Positions 9,716 through 18,749 of a stretch of DNA of 64,000 nucleotides are shown piece by piece. The DNA is taken from positions 960,001 through 1,024,000 of the forward strand of contig OZ271918.1 in assembly GCA_965602015.1 (NCBI GenBank), read 5' to 3'. The stretch is from Salinispira sp. Lineage in GTDB: Bacteria; Spirochaetota; Spirochaetia; DSM-27196; Salinispiraceae. Every line of letters starts with the position of its first letter. Within the stretch, counting starts at the first letter, position 1. The notes under the pieces were generated by a model, which ran no database searches, was not told where the DNA came from, and worked only from the letters and a program-made list of their open reading frames with translations. The translations under genes were made by a program, and so were the position numbers.

Positions 9716-10048
9716 TCAATTGCGGTTCAAAGCCCGTAATTTATCAAGCAGCGGAGATAGCGTCTGAGTTACGGTTTTCCAGACAAGTTCCATATCAACC
9801 TGATCATAGCCATGAATGAGTCTATCCCGCATTCCAGCCATTGCTTTCCAGGGAATCGAAGGATTTTCAGCCCGATATTCTGAAGGGATCCGCTTTGCCG
9901 CTTCACCAATGATTTCAAGGCATCTGACGACAGCAAATTGAGTTTTGGCGTCGGTAATGAAATCGCTATATTTCATCCCTTCAACAAATTCATTTGCGAG
10001 AGTGGCTGAGCGAATGATATCATTGACGGAATCAGAAAATTCTCTCAC
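9716..10048 (-). CDS. hepT: HEPN RNase toxin (DUF86/HepT family)
   Basis: LEIIGEAAK...IPWKAMAGMRDRLIHGY, containing the R-x4-H-x-Y motif. Confidence 0.9.
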   Translation of the reverse strand: MREFSDSVNDIIRSATLANEFVEGMKYSDFITDAKTQFAVVRCLEIIGEAAKRIPSEYRAENPSIPWKAMAGMRDRLIHGYDQVDMELVWKTVTQTLSPLLDKLRALNRN

Positions 10049-10341
10049 AGATATTCCACCTCTGAAAGGATTGTCTTTCCGATGGCCGGCCGCAAATTTG
10101 ATTTCAATACGAGATCGACTTTTGTATTCAATGCCTGAGAGAGTTCATCTTCAAGTGATATGAGATCGAAAAGGTCAATCCGAGCAGGACGGGAAATGTC
10201 AATGAGAATATCAACATCGCTTTCAGGCCGGGCCTCACCCCGAATATATGAACCGAAAATGCCAATTTCGGTTATGCCTTGTGCTGATAGCTGAGAACGC
10301 TTTTGATTTATTACCTGTTTGACGTGATCCACTGAAGTCAT
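10045..10341 (-). CDS. mntA: Minimal nucleotidyltransferase antitoxin (MntA family)
   Basis: FGSYIRGEARPESDVDI (GS-x10-DxD motif); 4-nt overlap with the toxin gene. Confidence 0.9.
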   Translation of the reverse strand: MTSVDHVKQVINQKRSQLSAQGITEIGIFGSYIRGEARPESDVDILIDISRPARIDLFDLISLEDELSQALNTKVDLVLKSNLRPAIGKTILSEVEYL

Positions 10342-10513
10342 GCGATAAGTATACACAGAAAATTTATATTGCGGAATTCAGGTAATCGTGGAAAATTGTG
10401 CATCGTGATTCTGGATAGCAGAATATTTCTTTGAGGCTTTGGGGATACTTCAAGCCCCGGTGGATAAACTATGCCTTTAATAGTGATGTTAATAATTATT
10501 GGATAATGAAATA

Positions 10514-10783
10514 CGCGTCCAGCACGACTCGCCCTCCAGTCGTCGGCATCCTGCCTCCTTCCTTCGGGCGCCTCCGTCACTAATCCGCCATCCCTGGCGG
10601 ATTGCGCTCCAAGTATTCGCGCCGTTCCTGCGTTTCGAGTCGTACTTCATTGGAGGTCCATAAAAAAAGCCGATCCAATCGGATCGACTTCTTTTTTGGA
10701 CGCGTCCAGCACGACTGACATCGCGTTCCTCGCATCGGCCTTATGCCTCTGCGGTACGCGATTTTTTCGAACGTGCGACCCAC
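10514..10783 (-). repeat. Two degenerate tRNA-Arg 3'-end fragments (att-like scars) with structured inserts
   Basis: CGCGTCCAGCACGACT at 10514 and 10701, versus the tRNA end CGCGTCCAAGAGGATT at 10836. Confidence 0.7.
10662..10697. terminator. Bidirectional-type intrinsic terminator
   Basis: AAAAAAAGCCGATCC-aatc-GGATCGACTTCTTTTTT. Confidence 0.7.
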
Positions 10784-10803
10784 TGGGTCATGCGCGTTGT
10801 CAC

Positions 10804-10830
10804 AAAAAAACCGACCAACCTGGTCGGTTT
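10804..10830 (-). terminator. Intrinsic terminator after tRNA-Arg
   Basis: AAAAAAACCGACCA-acc-TGGTCGGTTT. Confidence 0.75.
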
Positions 10831-10835
10831 GCATT

Positions 10836-10909
10836 CGCGTCCAAGAGGATTCGAACCTCTGACCTACGGCTTAGAAGGCCGTTGCTCTATCCAGCTGAGC
10901 TATGGACGC
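10836..10909 (-). tRNA. tRNA-Arg(TCT)
   Basis: GCGTCCATAGCTCAGCTGGATAGAGCAACGGCCT-TCT-AAGCCGTAGGTCAGAGGTTCGAATCCTCTTGGACGCG cloverleaf; CCA not encoded. Confidence 0.96.
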
Positions 10910-10971
10910 CTGATGGTGTAGTTCAGTTCTCGCAAAAGCAAGGCTAAATGCTGCCCGGAATCGCAAAAACA

Positions 10972-11044
10972 TCGGGGTGACTGGACTCGAACCAGCGATC
11001 TTCTGCTCCCAAAGCAGACGCCTTAGCCACTAGGCTACACCCCG
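10972..11044 (-). tRNA. tRNA-Pro(TGG)
   Basis: CGGGGTGTAGCCTAGTGGCTAAGGCGTCTGCTT-TGG-GAGCAGAAGATCGCTGGTTCGAGTCCAGTCACCCCGA; CCA not encoded. Confidence 0.96.
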
Positions 11045-11171
11045 TTATTGACAGGTGTGCGCTGACCGCGCGTATCCGTCATTTTCACGAATGCTCAATA
11101 TATCAGAGGGGCATGGGCCGGTCAATATTGTCTGTTTATACTACCGGACGGCTGGAGGCTTCAATTATGAT

Positions 11172-11318
11172 GTGCCCCCAAAACAGCTGATTTGCATGCC
11201 GTAAGGCATAATGCCAAGTTTAATTAGCGCTTCTGGTCTCTTCGTCGGATATAAAAAAACCGCTAAGTGTTTTCCGGTAAGTAGATTAGCCGATTTGAAT
11301 CAGCTGTTTTGGGGGCAC
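11172..11318. mobile_element. 147-bp MITE-like element with 21-bp perfect terminal inverted repeats
   Basis: GTGCCCCCAAAACAGCTGATT at 11172-11192 and its exact reverse complement at 11298-11318; a related end lies at 58500. Confidence 0.6.
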
Positions 11319-11328
11319 TGCCCCCTGA

Positions 11329-12024
11329 TCACCTGTGTTGGAGCCAAATCCCGCTGAATTCCGGAACAATGAGCTGACCCCGGGCTCGCACGGTCTCCGC
11401 CATGGGTTGGCCGAAGAAGAAACCCATAATGCGCTCGGCCTCCGGGAGACTGTCGAAGCGGTACGGCGTCGGGACCACATGGCGCTGAAAGCCATGCGTT
11501 TCCTCAAGCAGCCGGTAAAACTCACTGAGCACTTCGCCGGGAGCTGCGGGCTCATCGGTATTGGTGCCCAGTGATTCGATAAACAACAGTGTGCCGCCGG
11601 GCCGCACCAGGCGCCGGCTGCTTGTCACCAGTTGATCCACCGCGCGGGGCAGCTCGGCGTGATGGTCAAATGCCGTATGCCCGAATGCCCATCCTTCGAT
11701 GACTATGTCCGCCGGTTCTTGTAATGTATCCGCATGCCAGTGATCAAAGACTTCATAGCTGACCTTGTCGACGAATTCCGCAAGCCTCCGCTTTGCCGCC
11801 CCCATCATGTGCGGTGACCGGTCATAGCAGCGCACGGATTTAGCTTTTTCGGCAAAAAGCCGGGTAAGGCGGCCTGTTCCGCTTCCGAATTCAATTACTT
11901 CACAATTGGAGAAGTCTGCCAGTTCGTGGAGTGTTGTCTTCAGATTTCCCTGATAATCCTCATGAGCGACCAGTTCGTCGTACTCCTTGGCATGGTTATC
12001 GTAAATCTGATACATGGTCGGCAC
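11329..12024 (-). CDS. Class I SAM-dependent methyltransferase
   Basis: IEFGSGTGRLT motif I, YDRSPHM. Confidence 0.88.
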   Translation of the reverse strand: MPTMYQIYDNHAKEYDELVAHEDYQGNLKTTLHELADFSNCEVIEFGSGTGRLTRLFAEKAKSVRCYDRSPHMMGAAKRRLAEFVDKVSYEVFDHWHADTLQEPADIVIEGWAFGHTAFDHHAELPRAVDQLVTSSRRLVRPGGTLLFIESLGTNTDEPAAPGEVLSEFYRLLEETHGFQRHVVPTPYRFDSLPEAERIMGFFFGQPMAETVRARGQLIVPEFSGIWLQHR

Positions 12025-12048
12025 TGGTTACTCCTGTGTGTTTCCGAT

Positions 12049-12966
12049 TTATTGAAGGGGCCGAAAATCCCCCAGGGCTTCTTTTTTCTTTGCCTGGGCT
12101 ACCCGGGGATCCTCCGGTTCCTTCCCCTCATAGATTCCGTCCTTGGTGTTTTTTTCGATCTGTTTTTCGATGTTTCCGATAATCTCCCTGAAGGCGACGG
12201 CTGCCGGTCGTTCGGGGAACTGTGCCAAAAACGGCCTTCCCTGGTCGCCGGAGACCACAATGCCCGGATCGATGGGCACCGAACCGAGAAAAGGCACTCC
12301 CACAGTTTCCGAAGCCATCTGTCCTCCGCCCTTGCCGAATATGTCGGTGACGCCCCCGCAGTGACTGCATACGTATCCGCTCATGTTTTCCACGATGCCG
12401 AGGATGGGGAGTTCGAGTTTATTCGCGAATGTCATGCTCTTGCGGCTGTCCAGTATTGATACATCCTGCGGACTGGTCACAATAATCGCTCCCTTCATCT
12501 GGGGGATAAGCTGGGCAGTGGTGAGGGCTTCATCGCCGGTGCCCGGTGGGGTATCAATTATAAGATAGTCGAGTTCACCCCAGACCACGTCTCCGAGAAA
12601 CTGCCGCACCAATCCGATTTTCATGGGGCCCCGCCATATCAGAGCCTCGGCTGGATCATATCCCACCAGGGCGATGGACGCCGCATGAAAGTTGGGGAGG
12701 ATTTCAACCGGTTCGATGGATTCATGCTCCCCGGTGAAGTGCTTGTCCTCGATTCCCAGCATTTTGGGAACATTGGGGCCGTGAACATCCACATCCATTA
12801 TCCCCACGGAATTTCCCGCCATCGCCAGGGAGTGGGCCAGATTCACCGAGACGGTGCTCTTTCCCACGCCGCCTTTTCCGCTCAAAACCATGATTACGTT
12901 TTTAATATGCTTAAGATTGTCGTAGATGCGGACGTCCTGTGCGTCCTTGTCGTTTGTGCCGTGCAT
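12049..12966 (-). CDS. mrp: Mrp/NBP35 (ApbC) Fe-S carrier ATPase
   Basis: GKGGVGKST, WRGPMK, DTPPGTGD, ENMS..CSHC. Confidence 0.93.
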   Translation of the reverse strand: MHGTNDKDAQDVRIYDNLKHIKNVIMVLSGKGGVGKSTVSVNLAHSLAMAGNSVGIMDVDVHGPNVPKMLGIEDKHFTGEHESIEPVEILPNFHAASIALVGYDPAEALIWRGPMKIGLVRQFLGDVVWGELDYLIIDTPPGTGDEALTTAQLIPQMKGAIIVTSPQDVSILDSRKSMTFANKLELPILGIVENMSGYVCSHCGGVTDIFGKGGGQMASETVGVPFLGSVPIDPGIVVSGDQGRPFLAQFPERPAAVAFREIIGNIEKQIEKNTKDGIYEGKEPEDPRVAQAKKKEALGDFRPLQ

Positions 12967-13060
12967 CGCCTGTCCTCTGTATTTTTGATTGAGTTATTGT
13001 TATGGTGGTCACAATAATGTATTTCATCACTGTATTGATATTTAACGGGGGATTCAAGAT

Positions 13061-13759
13061 ATGAGCGCCCCGTCCCCGGAAAACCAAAAATTGCGGACCA
13101 AGGCGATTGCCATTCACGAAAACCTGAAGACCCGCTACGACGAGCGAATTAATCTTCTCGAGCATCACAATGCCTGGCAGCTTTTAGTGGCAGTGGCGTT
13201 GTCTGCCCAGACAACCGACGAACAGGTTAACCGGGTCACCCTGGAGCTTTTTTCCCGATGGCGCGGGCCCGCCGACCTGGCGGAGGCCGATCTCTCTGAG
13301 ATAGAGGCAATGGTGCGAAGCACCGGCTATTACCGAAACAAAGCGAAAAACATCCGGGCTGCAGCGCGAACCGTCATGAGCGATTTCGGCGGTACCGTAC
13401 CGGAAACCATGGATGAACTGATTTCCATACCCGGAATCGGGAGAAAATCCGCCGGAGTAATCCTGCATCATATTTACGGCAAACCGGCGATAATCGTCGA
13501 TACCCACTTCGGCCGGGTGGTAAGCCGATTAGGCCTCCTGGGCTCTGATCCCGCGGATAAAAAGCCCGACCCCATGCGCACCGAACGGGCAATCGCCGAA
13601 ATCCTTCCCCGCGAACGGTGGAGCTCGTTTTCCATGATCGCGAACCTTCACGGCAGGCGGGTCTGCACCGCAAGAACTCCGAACTGCGCCTTATGCAGCA
13701 TACGAGCCCATTGCGCCTACTTCCCGCTGTATGGCTCGGGGAAGGAGTCCGTCCAATGA
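13061..13759 (+). CDS. nth: Endonuclease III
   Basis: LSAQTTD, HhH IPGIGRKSA, VDTH, C-x6-C-x2-C-x5-C. Confidence 0.93.
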   Translation: MSAPSPENQKLRTKAIAIHENLKTRYDERINLLEHHNAWQLLVAVALSAQTTDEQVNRVTLELFSRWRGPADLAEADLSEIEAMVRSTGYYRNKAKNIRAAARTVMSDFGGTVPETMDELISIPGIGRKSAGVILHHIYGKPAIIVDTHFGRVVSRLGLLGSDPADKKPDPMRTERAIAEILPRERWSSFSMIANLHGRRVCTARTPNCALCSIRAHCAYFPLYGSGKESVQ

Positions 13760-14868
13760 CGGGCGACAGACAGCTGATCGCCGATTTGACCGCCGCAGAG
13801 GGTATTCACTACTGGGGGGTGACCGATGCGCAGCCCGCCGCCCACGAGCTTGAGCACAGCAATTCCGCCAGGCGGGAATACCGGGAATGGATATCTCAGG
13901 GGCGCCACGGGACCATGGAATTTCTGGCCGCCCATGAAAAGATGAAATACGACCCCGGGGCCATCGTTCCCGGCGCGCAATCAGTCATTGTTTTTGCCCT
14001 GTCCTATTACCCCGGGCGGCGGACCGGAGAAGCCAAAAGAAACCCACTCACTGCGGAACTCCGGGAAGATCGGGGCGGCAGCGCCGAAGGTAAAATATCC
14101 ATGTATGCCCGGGGCCGGGACTACCACAAGGAATTCGGCCGGCGAATCAAACGGATTGCCGCCGAGTTGAGAAGAAGGTACCCCGGGGAAGGGTTTCGGG
14201 GCTTCACCGACACAGCGCCTCTCCAGGAACGCTGGTATGCCCAGAAGGCCGGCATGACCTTTACCGGACGCAACACCTTGAGTCTTCACCGGGAAATGGG
14301 CTCCTACTTTTTCCTCGGCGAGATTATCAGCACCCTGGCATTCGAGCCGACGGATATTCAAAGCGAAGCAATGAGCCACTGCCCCCGGGGCTGCACCCGA
14401 TGCATCGATGTCTGCCCCACCGCCGCCCTCGAAGCCCCATACCGGATAAATGCATCAACCTGCATCTCATACCTGACCATTGAGCACAAGGGCATGATCA
14501 AACCGGAGCTCATGGAAAAAATGGGCACCTGGCTCTTCGGCTGCGATTTATGTCAGGATGTGTGCCCCTTTAACATCAGGGCGAAGGTCAGCGATGTCGC
14601 AGCCTTCATAAACCCCATCAACGCGGGCCGGGTTGATTTGGCGGATCTGCTTGGCATGGAAGGCCATGATGATTTTACCCGCCGGTTTGCCGGAACCGCC
14701 GTCATGCGGACCGGCTGGAGGGGTATGCTAAGAAATGCCCTTATTGCGGCGGCGAACGGCGGGCACACTGAGCTGTTGCCAAGAATTGCCCGGCTTTGCT
14801 CTCACGCTGATGCCGTCGTATCCGCCACCGCTCGGTGGGCAGAAGGAAAACTGAAGCCTAGCGGATAG
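13756..14868 (+). CDS. queG: Epoxyqueuosine reductase
   Basis: YARGRDYH, DTAP, CTRCIDVCPT, CISYLTIE, FGCDLCQDVCP; ATG 13756 overlaps the nth stop. Confidence 0.93.
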   Translation: MTGDRQLIADLTAAEGIHYWGVTDAQPAAHELEHSNSARREYREWISQGRHGTMEFLAAHEKMKYDPGAIVPGAQSVIVFALSYYPGRRTGEAKRNPLTAELREDRGGSAEGKISMYARGRDYHKEFGRRIKRIAAELRRRYPGEGFRGFTDTAPLQERWYAQKAGMTFTGRNTLSLHREMGSYFFLGEIISTLAFEPTDIQSEAMSHCPRGCTRCIDVCPTAALEAPYRINASTCISYLTIEHKGMIKPELMEKMGTWLFGCDLCQDVCPFNIRAKVSDVAAFINPINAGRVDLADLLGMEGHDDFTRRFAGTAVMRTGWRGMLRNALIAAANGGHTELLPRIARLCSHADAVVSATARWAEGKLKPSG

Positions 14869-16035
14869 TCAGGGCCGCCTAATCCTGATCAGTCTGCCGT
14901 TTTGGGCGTCATCGGTAAGAACGTACAACATACTGTCGGGACCGATTCGCACGTCCCGTACCCGCTGCCCGACGGGTATTACCGATTCAGACAGGAATGC
15001 TCCGCTTTCGTTTACTGAGATTACATGGACCGACTGACTGCGTAGCCCGCCGGCATAAAGAATGCCCCCTTCGACAGCCAGGCCCGAAGGGGCGACCGTG
15101 TCTTCCCACACCAGGCGGGGGTCGGCGTACCCTTCAAGGGTTTGAAACCGGGAAACCGGGGTCCCCCTGAGGTATTCGCGGCTGTGGGAAACAAGAGGCC
15201 AGCCGTAATTCGAACCCGATTCTATGCTGTTGATTTCATCTCCACCTCTTGATCCGTGCTCGGTGGCCCAAACGGTGCCGGTTACCCGATCGATAGCCAG
15301 TCCCTGGATATTACGGTTGCCGAGGGTATACAGCTCGGGTCGAAATCCATCCTCACCGAGGAAGGGATTGTCTTCGGGCACCGATCCGTCGGCATTGATC
15401 CGCACAATGTTGCCGAACAGTGTGGTCGGTTCCTGTGCCTGTTCCCGCTGGAGCCCGTCGCCGAAGCGCAGCGGCGGATTTCCCCCGTCTCCGATGGCGA
15501 TGAGCAAGCTGCCGTCCGGGAGCCATACGAGCCGTGATCCGAAGTGTTGGGTGCCGGACTTGTACTCGTTATTGGCAAACACCAGCTGTCCGTCTGTGAG
15601 TGCGATTTCCGAGCCGTTCTCTTCGAGGCGGAACCGGGATACCTCAGTCCGGTTTGCATCGTCGGTTCCTGCGGCATAAGCCAGGTAGACATACCCGTCA
15701 TCGGCATAGTTCGGCGATATGCTCACGTCGAGCAAGCCCCCTTGCCCGGAGGCAAACACCGCCGGAGCACCGCTAACCTCTGTCAGCGCGAATGTTTGGG
15801 GAGAGGCAAGCACTAAGCGGCCCCCGCGTTCGGTAATCAGCATGCGGCCGTCAGGCAGCCAGGTAATTGACCACGGGCGGTTCATGCCTTCTATGAGAAT
15901 CTCCTGCTCGGCGGAAATCACCGGCTGTTCGCTCCAACGGCTCATGGAGACTTCGGATGCCAGGGTTCCGCAGGAGCTCAGCATCAGGGCAACGGCAAGT
16001 ACTGTAATTTTGGGAAGTGATCCTAGAGTTTTCAT
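14869..16035 (-). CDS. PQQ-dependent sugar dehydrogenase (YliI/GSDH family), probable lipoprotein
   Basis: LSSC lipobox, GQGGLLD, HFGSR, GNRNIQG, EHGSRGGDE, NYGWP, RVRDV. Confidence 0.9.
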   Translation of the reverse strand: MKTLGSLPKITVLAVALMLSSCGTLASEVSMSRWSEQPVISAEQEILIEGMNRPWSITWLPDGRMLITERGGRLVLASPQTFALTEVSGAPAVFASGQGGLLDVSISPNYADDGYVYLAYAAGTDDANRTEVSRFRLEENGSEIALTDGQLVFANNEYKSGTQHFGSRLVWLPDGSLLIAIGDGGNPPLRFGDGLQREQAQEPTTLFGNIVRINADGSVPEDNPFLGEDGFRPELYTLGNRNIQGLAIDRVTGTVWATEHGSRGGDEINSIESGSNYGWPLVSHSREYLRGTPVSRFQTLEGYADPRLVWEDTVAPSGLAVEGGILYAGGLRSQSVHVISVNESGAFLSESVIPVGQRVRDVRIGPDSMLYVLTDDAQNGRLIRIRRP

Positions 16036-16150
16036 CTTCTAAAGATACAAAGATCGGACGCAGGGGTGAACTCAAAGCGAAACAGCTAGCGCTAATGACG
16101 GTTTTGGTGCCGAACCATTGTTCCGCTTTTCCATTCACTGCATTCTTCTG

Positions 16151-17191
16151 CTACGGAGTACCCTTCAGGCTTGAAACAAAGCTTTCTAAACGCTCGTCGA
16201 GATTGTCGGATTTGAGGCGGTAATAAATCCGTTTGTTTTCTCCCAGACGGATCGACACTATGTTCTGAGCGGCCAGCATATTCATATGGTAGCTCATAGT
16301 CGCCTTGGTCACCGACAGGGCTTCGGCAAGCTCCGCAGCATAGTACTCCCGGCGGGCCACCAGCTTCACGATTTCGATTCGGGTCTCGTCGGCCAGTGCC
16401 TTGAAAAACCGGGCCTTTCTATGGGTATCGTACTCGGGGTCAAAGAGCCGCTCGAGATTGTAATTATAGAAGCAGTGCACCGAATCCCTGCCGGGGTAGT
16501 ATGATATTCGTCCGGTGTTAAGATACCCCAGGTAGAAGCGGTAGCTCAGATTATCACTGTGAATGATCTGGGTGAAATCCACCTTGATGATCTCCCTCAT
16601 AAATTCATCACGGTGCTCCTTTAGCAGGCGCTGATGACGGGGGCGAATCTCCTCCAGCTGCTCTGCGATGAATGATTCTTCAGCCTTGAAGAAGCTCTCA
16701 TACATTCTGTCAAGGAATCCGAGAAACCGTTCATAGGTTTCAACGGGGTACTTCTTCATTTCACGGTAACTGCGCAGTACCGATTCCCCCTCGTCCAGAG
16801 CCCGGTAGGCTTTTTCCATCTCCTTGAACTTCTCTTCCTCGCCTTTACCTTCGTCGATTCCGCCCAACCGGGTGTCGGCCAGCACCAGCTCGATAAACTG
16901 CTGGGCATCGATTGATCCGAGATATTTCCGAAACGCCGTAAAATCGGGGTAACGGCTGAGAGTAGCCGGTTGGGTAAAAACCGAGGGATAAAATGCATTG
17001 CTCTTGTAAAAGGTCTTTAGGTCGCTTCGCAGCAGGGGAGTGAGATCTTCCAGGCAGGATGAGACGAACTCGTGAGTCCGCTCATCCAGCATTTCTTCCG
17101 CCTGGGGTTTTTTGTAGAACTTCCTGAAATTCGCCAGGCCTTCGAGAAACTGGTGAAATTCCAGCAACATGCTGCTGCGTATTTCTTCCAT
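16151..17191 (-). CDS. ArsR/SmtB family regulator with a large N-terminal domain
   Basis: C-terminal FKALADETRIEI...ELAEALSVTKATMSYH. Confidence 0.85.
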   Translation of the reverse strand: MEEIRSSMLLEFHQFLEGLANFRKFYKKPQAEEMLDERTHEFVSSCLEDLTPLLRSDLKTFYKSNAFYPSVFTQPATLSRYPDFTAFRKYLGSIDAQQFIELVLADTRLGGIDEGKGEEEKFKEMEKAYRALDEGESVLRSYREMKKYPVETYERFLGFLDRMYESFFKAEESFIAEQLEEIRPRHQRLLKEHRDEFMREIIKVDFTQIIHSDNLSYRFYLGYLNTGRISYYPGRDSVHCFYNYNLERLFDPEYDTHRKARFFKALADETRIEIVKLVARREYYAAELAEALSVTKATMSYHMNMLAAQNIVSIRLGENKRIYYRLKSDNLDERLESFVSSLKGTP

Positions 17192-17196
17192 ATTGA

Positions 17197-18465
17197 TTAT
17201 GCCGCCTCTGGTTGTTTGTGATCGGGTATGTCCGCCAGGGCCCGGGATCTCCACTGCAATACTACTATGCCCATGGTAATCACGCTACTGGCAACCAGAA
17301 TCGCTGATGGAGATACTCGTTCGGTGAGGGCTCCGAACAGCAGGTAGGCCAGCGGGGTGATTCCCCCCGCCATGGTCTGCAGGATGGACATTACCCTGCC
17401 CAAATAGCTGCGGTCGACGGTGGTCTGGAGAAAGACGCCCAGGGGAATGTTTATGGCGGTGGCGGAAGCGCTGAGAATGAAACCAAAAAGGGAAATCAAC
17501 GCAATCGAAATCCATTGCCCGGGAATTGCAGAGTGCAGCGAGAGTCCCACCGCGGCGAAAGCAACAGCAAGGGAGGATAGCCACATGACGAGGTGGCGCC
17601 GGGAGAAGCGGCTGTTTACTTTGGCTATCAGAATTGAACCGCCGAGGGATCCCAGGGAGACCACTGCCATCATGCTGCCGTAAATCTGATCGGAAATGCC
17701 GCGCACCTGAACAATTCCGAATGGTAAAACAACTGCAATGGCCGTCAGAAAGAAGTTCAGAAAAAGCGCCATAAAGGCGATGTTTCTGATGATCCGGTCT
17801 TTCATAAAATAGGCGAAACCACCTTTCAAATCAGCAAAGAAGCTTTTTGTCCGCTTCATCGCTTTTTCACCGGCGTTAAAGCGGAAATCGATAAACACTT
17901 CAGAGACCGCTGACATAAAAAATGAGATGCCGTTTATCAGCAGAAAAACCGAGATGGGAACCAGGGCGAAGATGATACCCCCTATGATGGGAGATACAAG
18001 TTGAATGATACTGGCGAACGAGTGAGTTGCGGCATTCAGTCGTGTTAGACGTTCCTGCTTGACGATGTCCACCGCGGCCGAGCTGAAGGTGCTTGATAGA
18101 AACGTCGATGTCACCGACAGGACCAGGGTGGCGCCGTAAATCATGCCGAGAGTGAGGCTGTTTGCCATGGCGTAAAAGTAGATACCAACCATCACTACCG
18201 CGCTGACAAGATCAGCAGTTACGATGATGGCTTTTTTATTCAAACGGTCAGCCCAGTTCCCCGCGAAGGGCCCAAGAAGAACGCTTGGGAGCACGCCCAG
18301 CATAAGGGTAATTCCGAAGCTCTGACCCGAGCCGGTGAGCCTGAGCACATACAATCCGATGGCAAAGGTGTATATCTGACTGCCAAACAGCGAAACTGCC
18401 TGCCCGCAAATCGCGAGAAAAAAATTCGAGCGCTCCCTGACGCCCATGGCATTACTGGTATCCAT
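17197..18465 (-). CDS. MFS transporter (DHA3/macrolide-efflux-like)
   Basis: GQAVSLFGS, AGNWADRLNKK, YLGRV; about 12 TM helices; AAGGAG RBS before ATG 18465. Confidence 0.88.
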   Translation of the reverse strand: MDTSNAMGVRERSNFFLAICGQAVSLFGSQIYTFAIGLYVLRLTGSGQSFGITLMLGVLPSVLLGPFAGNWADRLNKKAIIVTADLVSAVVMVGIYFYAMANSLTLGMIYGATLVLSVTSTFLSSTFSSAAVDIVKQERLTRLNAATHSFASIIQLVSPIIGGIIFALVPISVFLLINGISFFMSAVSEVFIDFRFNAGEKAMKRTKSFFADLKGGFAYFMKDRIIRNIAFMALFLNFFLTAIAVVLPFGIVQVRGISDQIYGSMMAVVSLGSLGGSILIAKVNSRFSRRHLVMWLSSLAVAFAAVGLSLHSAIPGQWISIALISLFGFILSASATAINIPLGVFLQTTVDRSYLGRVMSILQTMAGGITPLAYLLFGALTERVSPSAILVASSVITMGIVVLQWRSRALADIPDHKQPEAA

Positions 18466-18749
18466 AATCACTCCTTTTTCAAACATCTTGAAGTTCAATG
18501 ATTGTCTAACACATATAGTGTAAAACAAGCGCCTACTTCGGGCAAGAGAAATTATCATAAAATACCCGCGGTCTGCCCCGAAAACGGATAACATGCGGAA
18601 GACAGAAGCGGAAGAGCGCTAAAATGCGTGTCTATGTGCGATGGGTGCGATGGGTGCGATGGGTGAGTGGCCCGCGGGGGGTGTGGCGTATGCGATCGGC
18701 GCGATGAATGAAAGGCGGGTCAACTCTGTTATTGCAGCGCCGGATGTCC

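Noticed and set aside
10500..10850. CRISPR array
   Set aside because: Only two or three degenerate short copies with long structured spacers. They match a tRNA 3' end, and no cas genes are present.
18636..18665. 9-bp tandem repeat (GTGCGATGG, about 3 copies)
   Set aside because: Short intergenic slippage repeat with no evidence of function.
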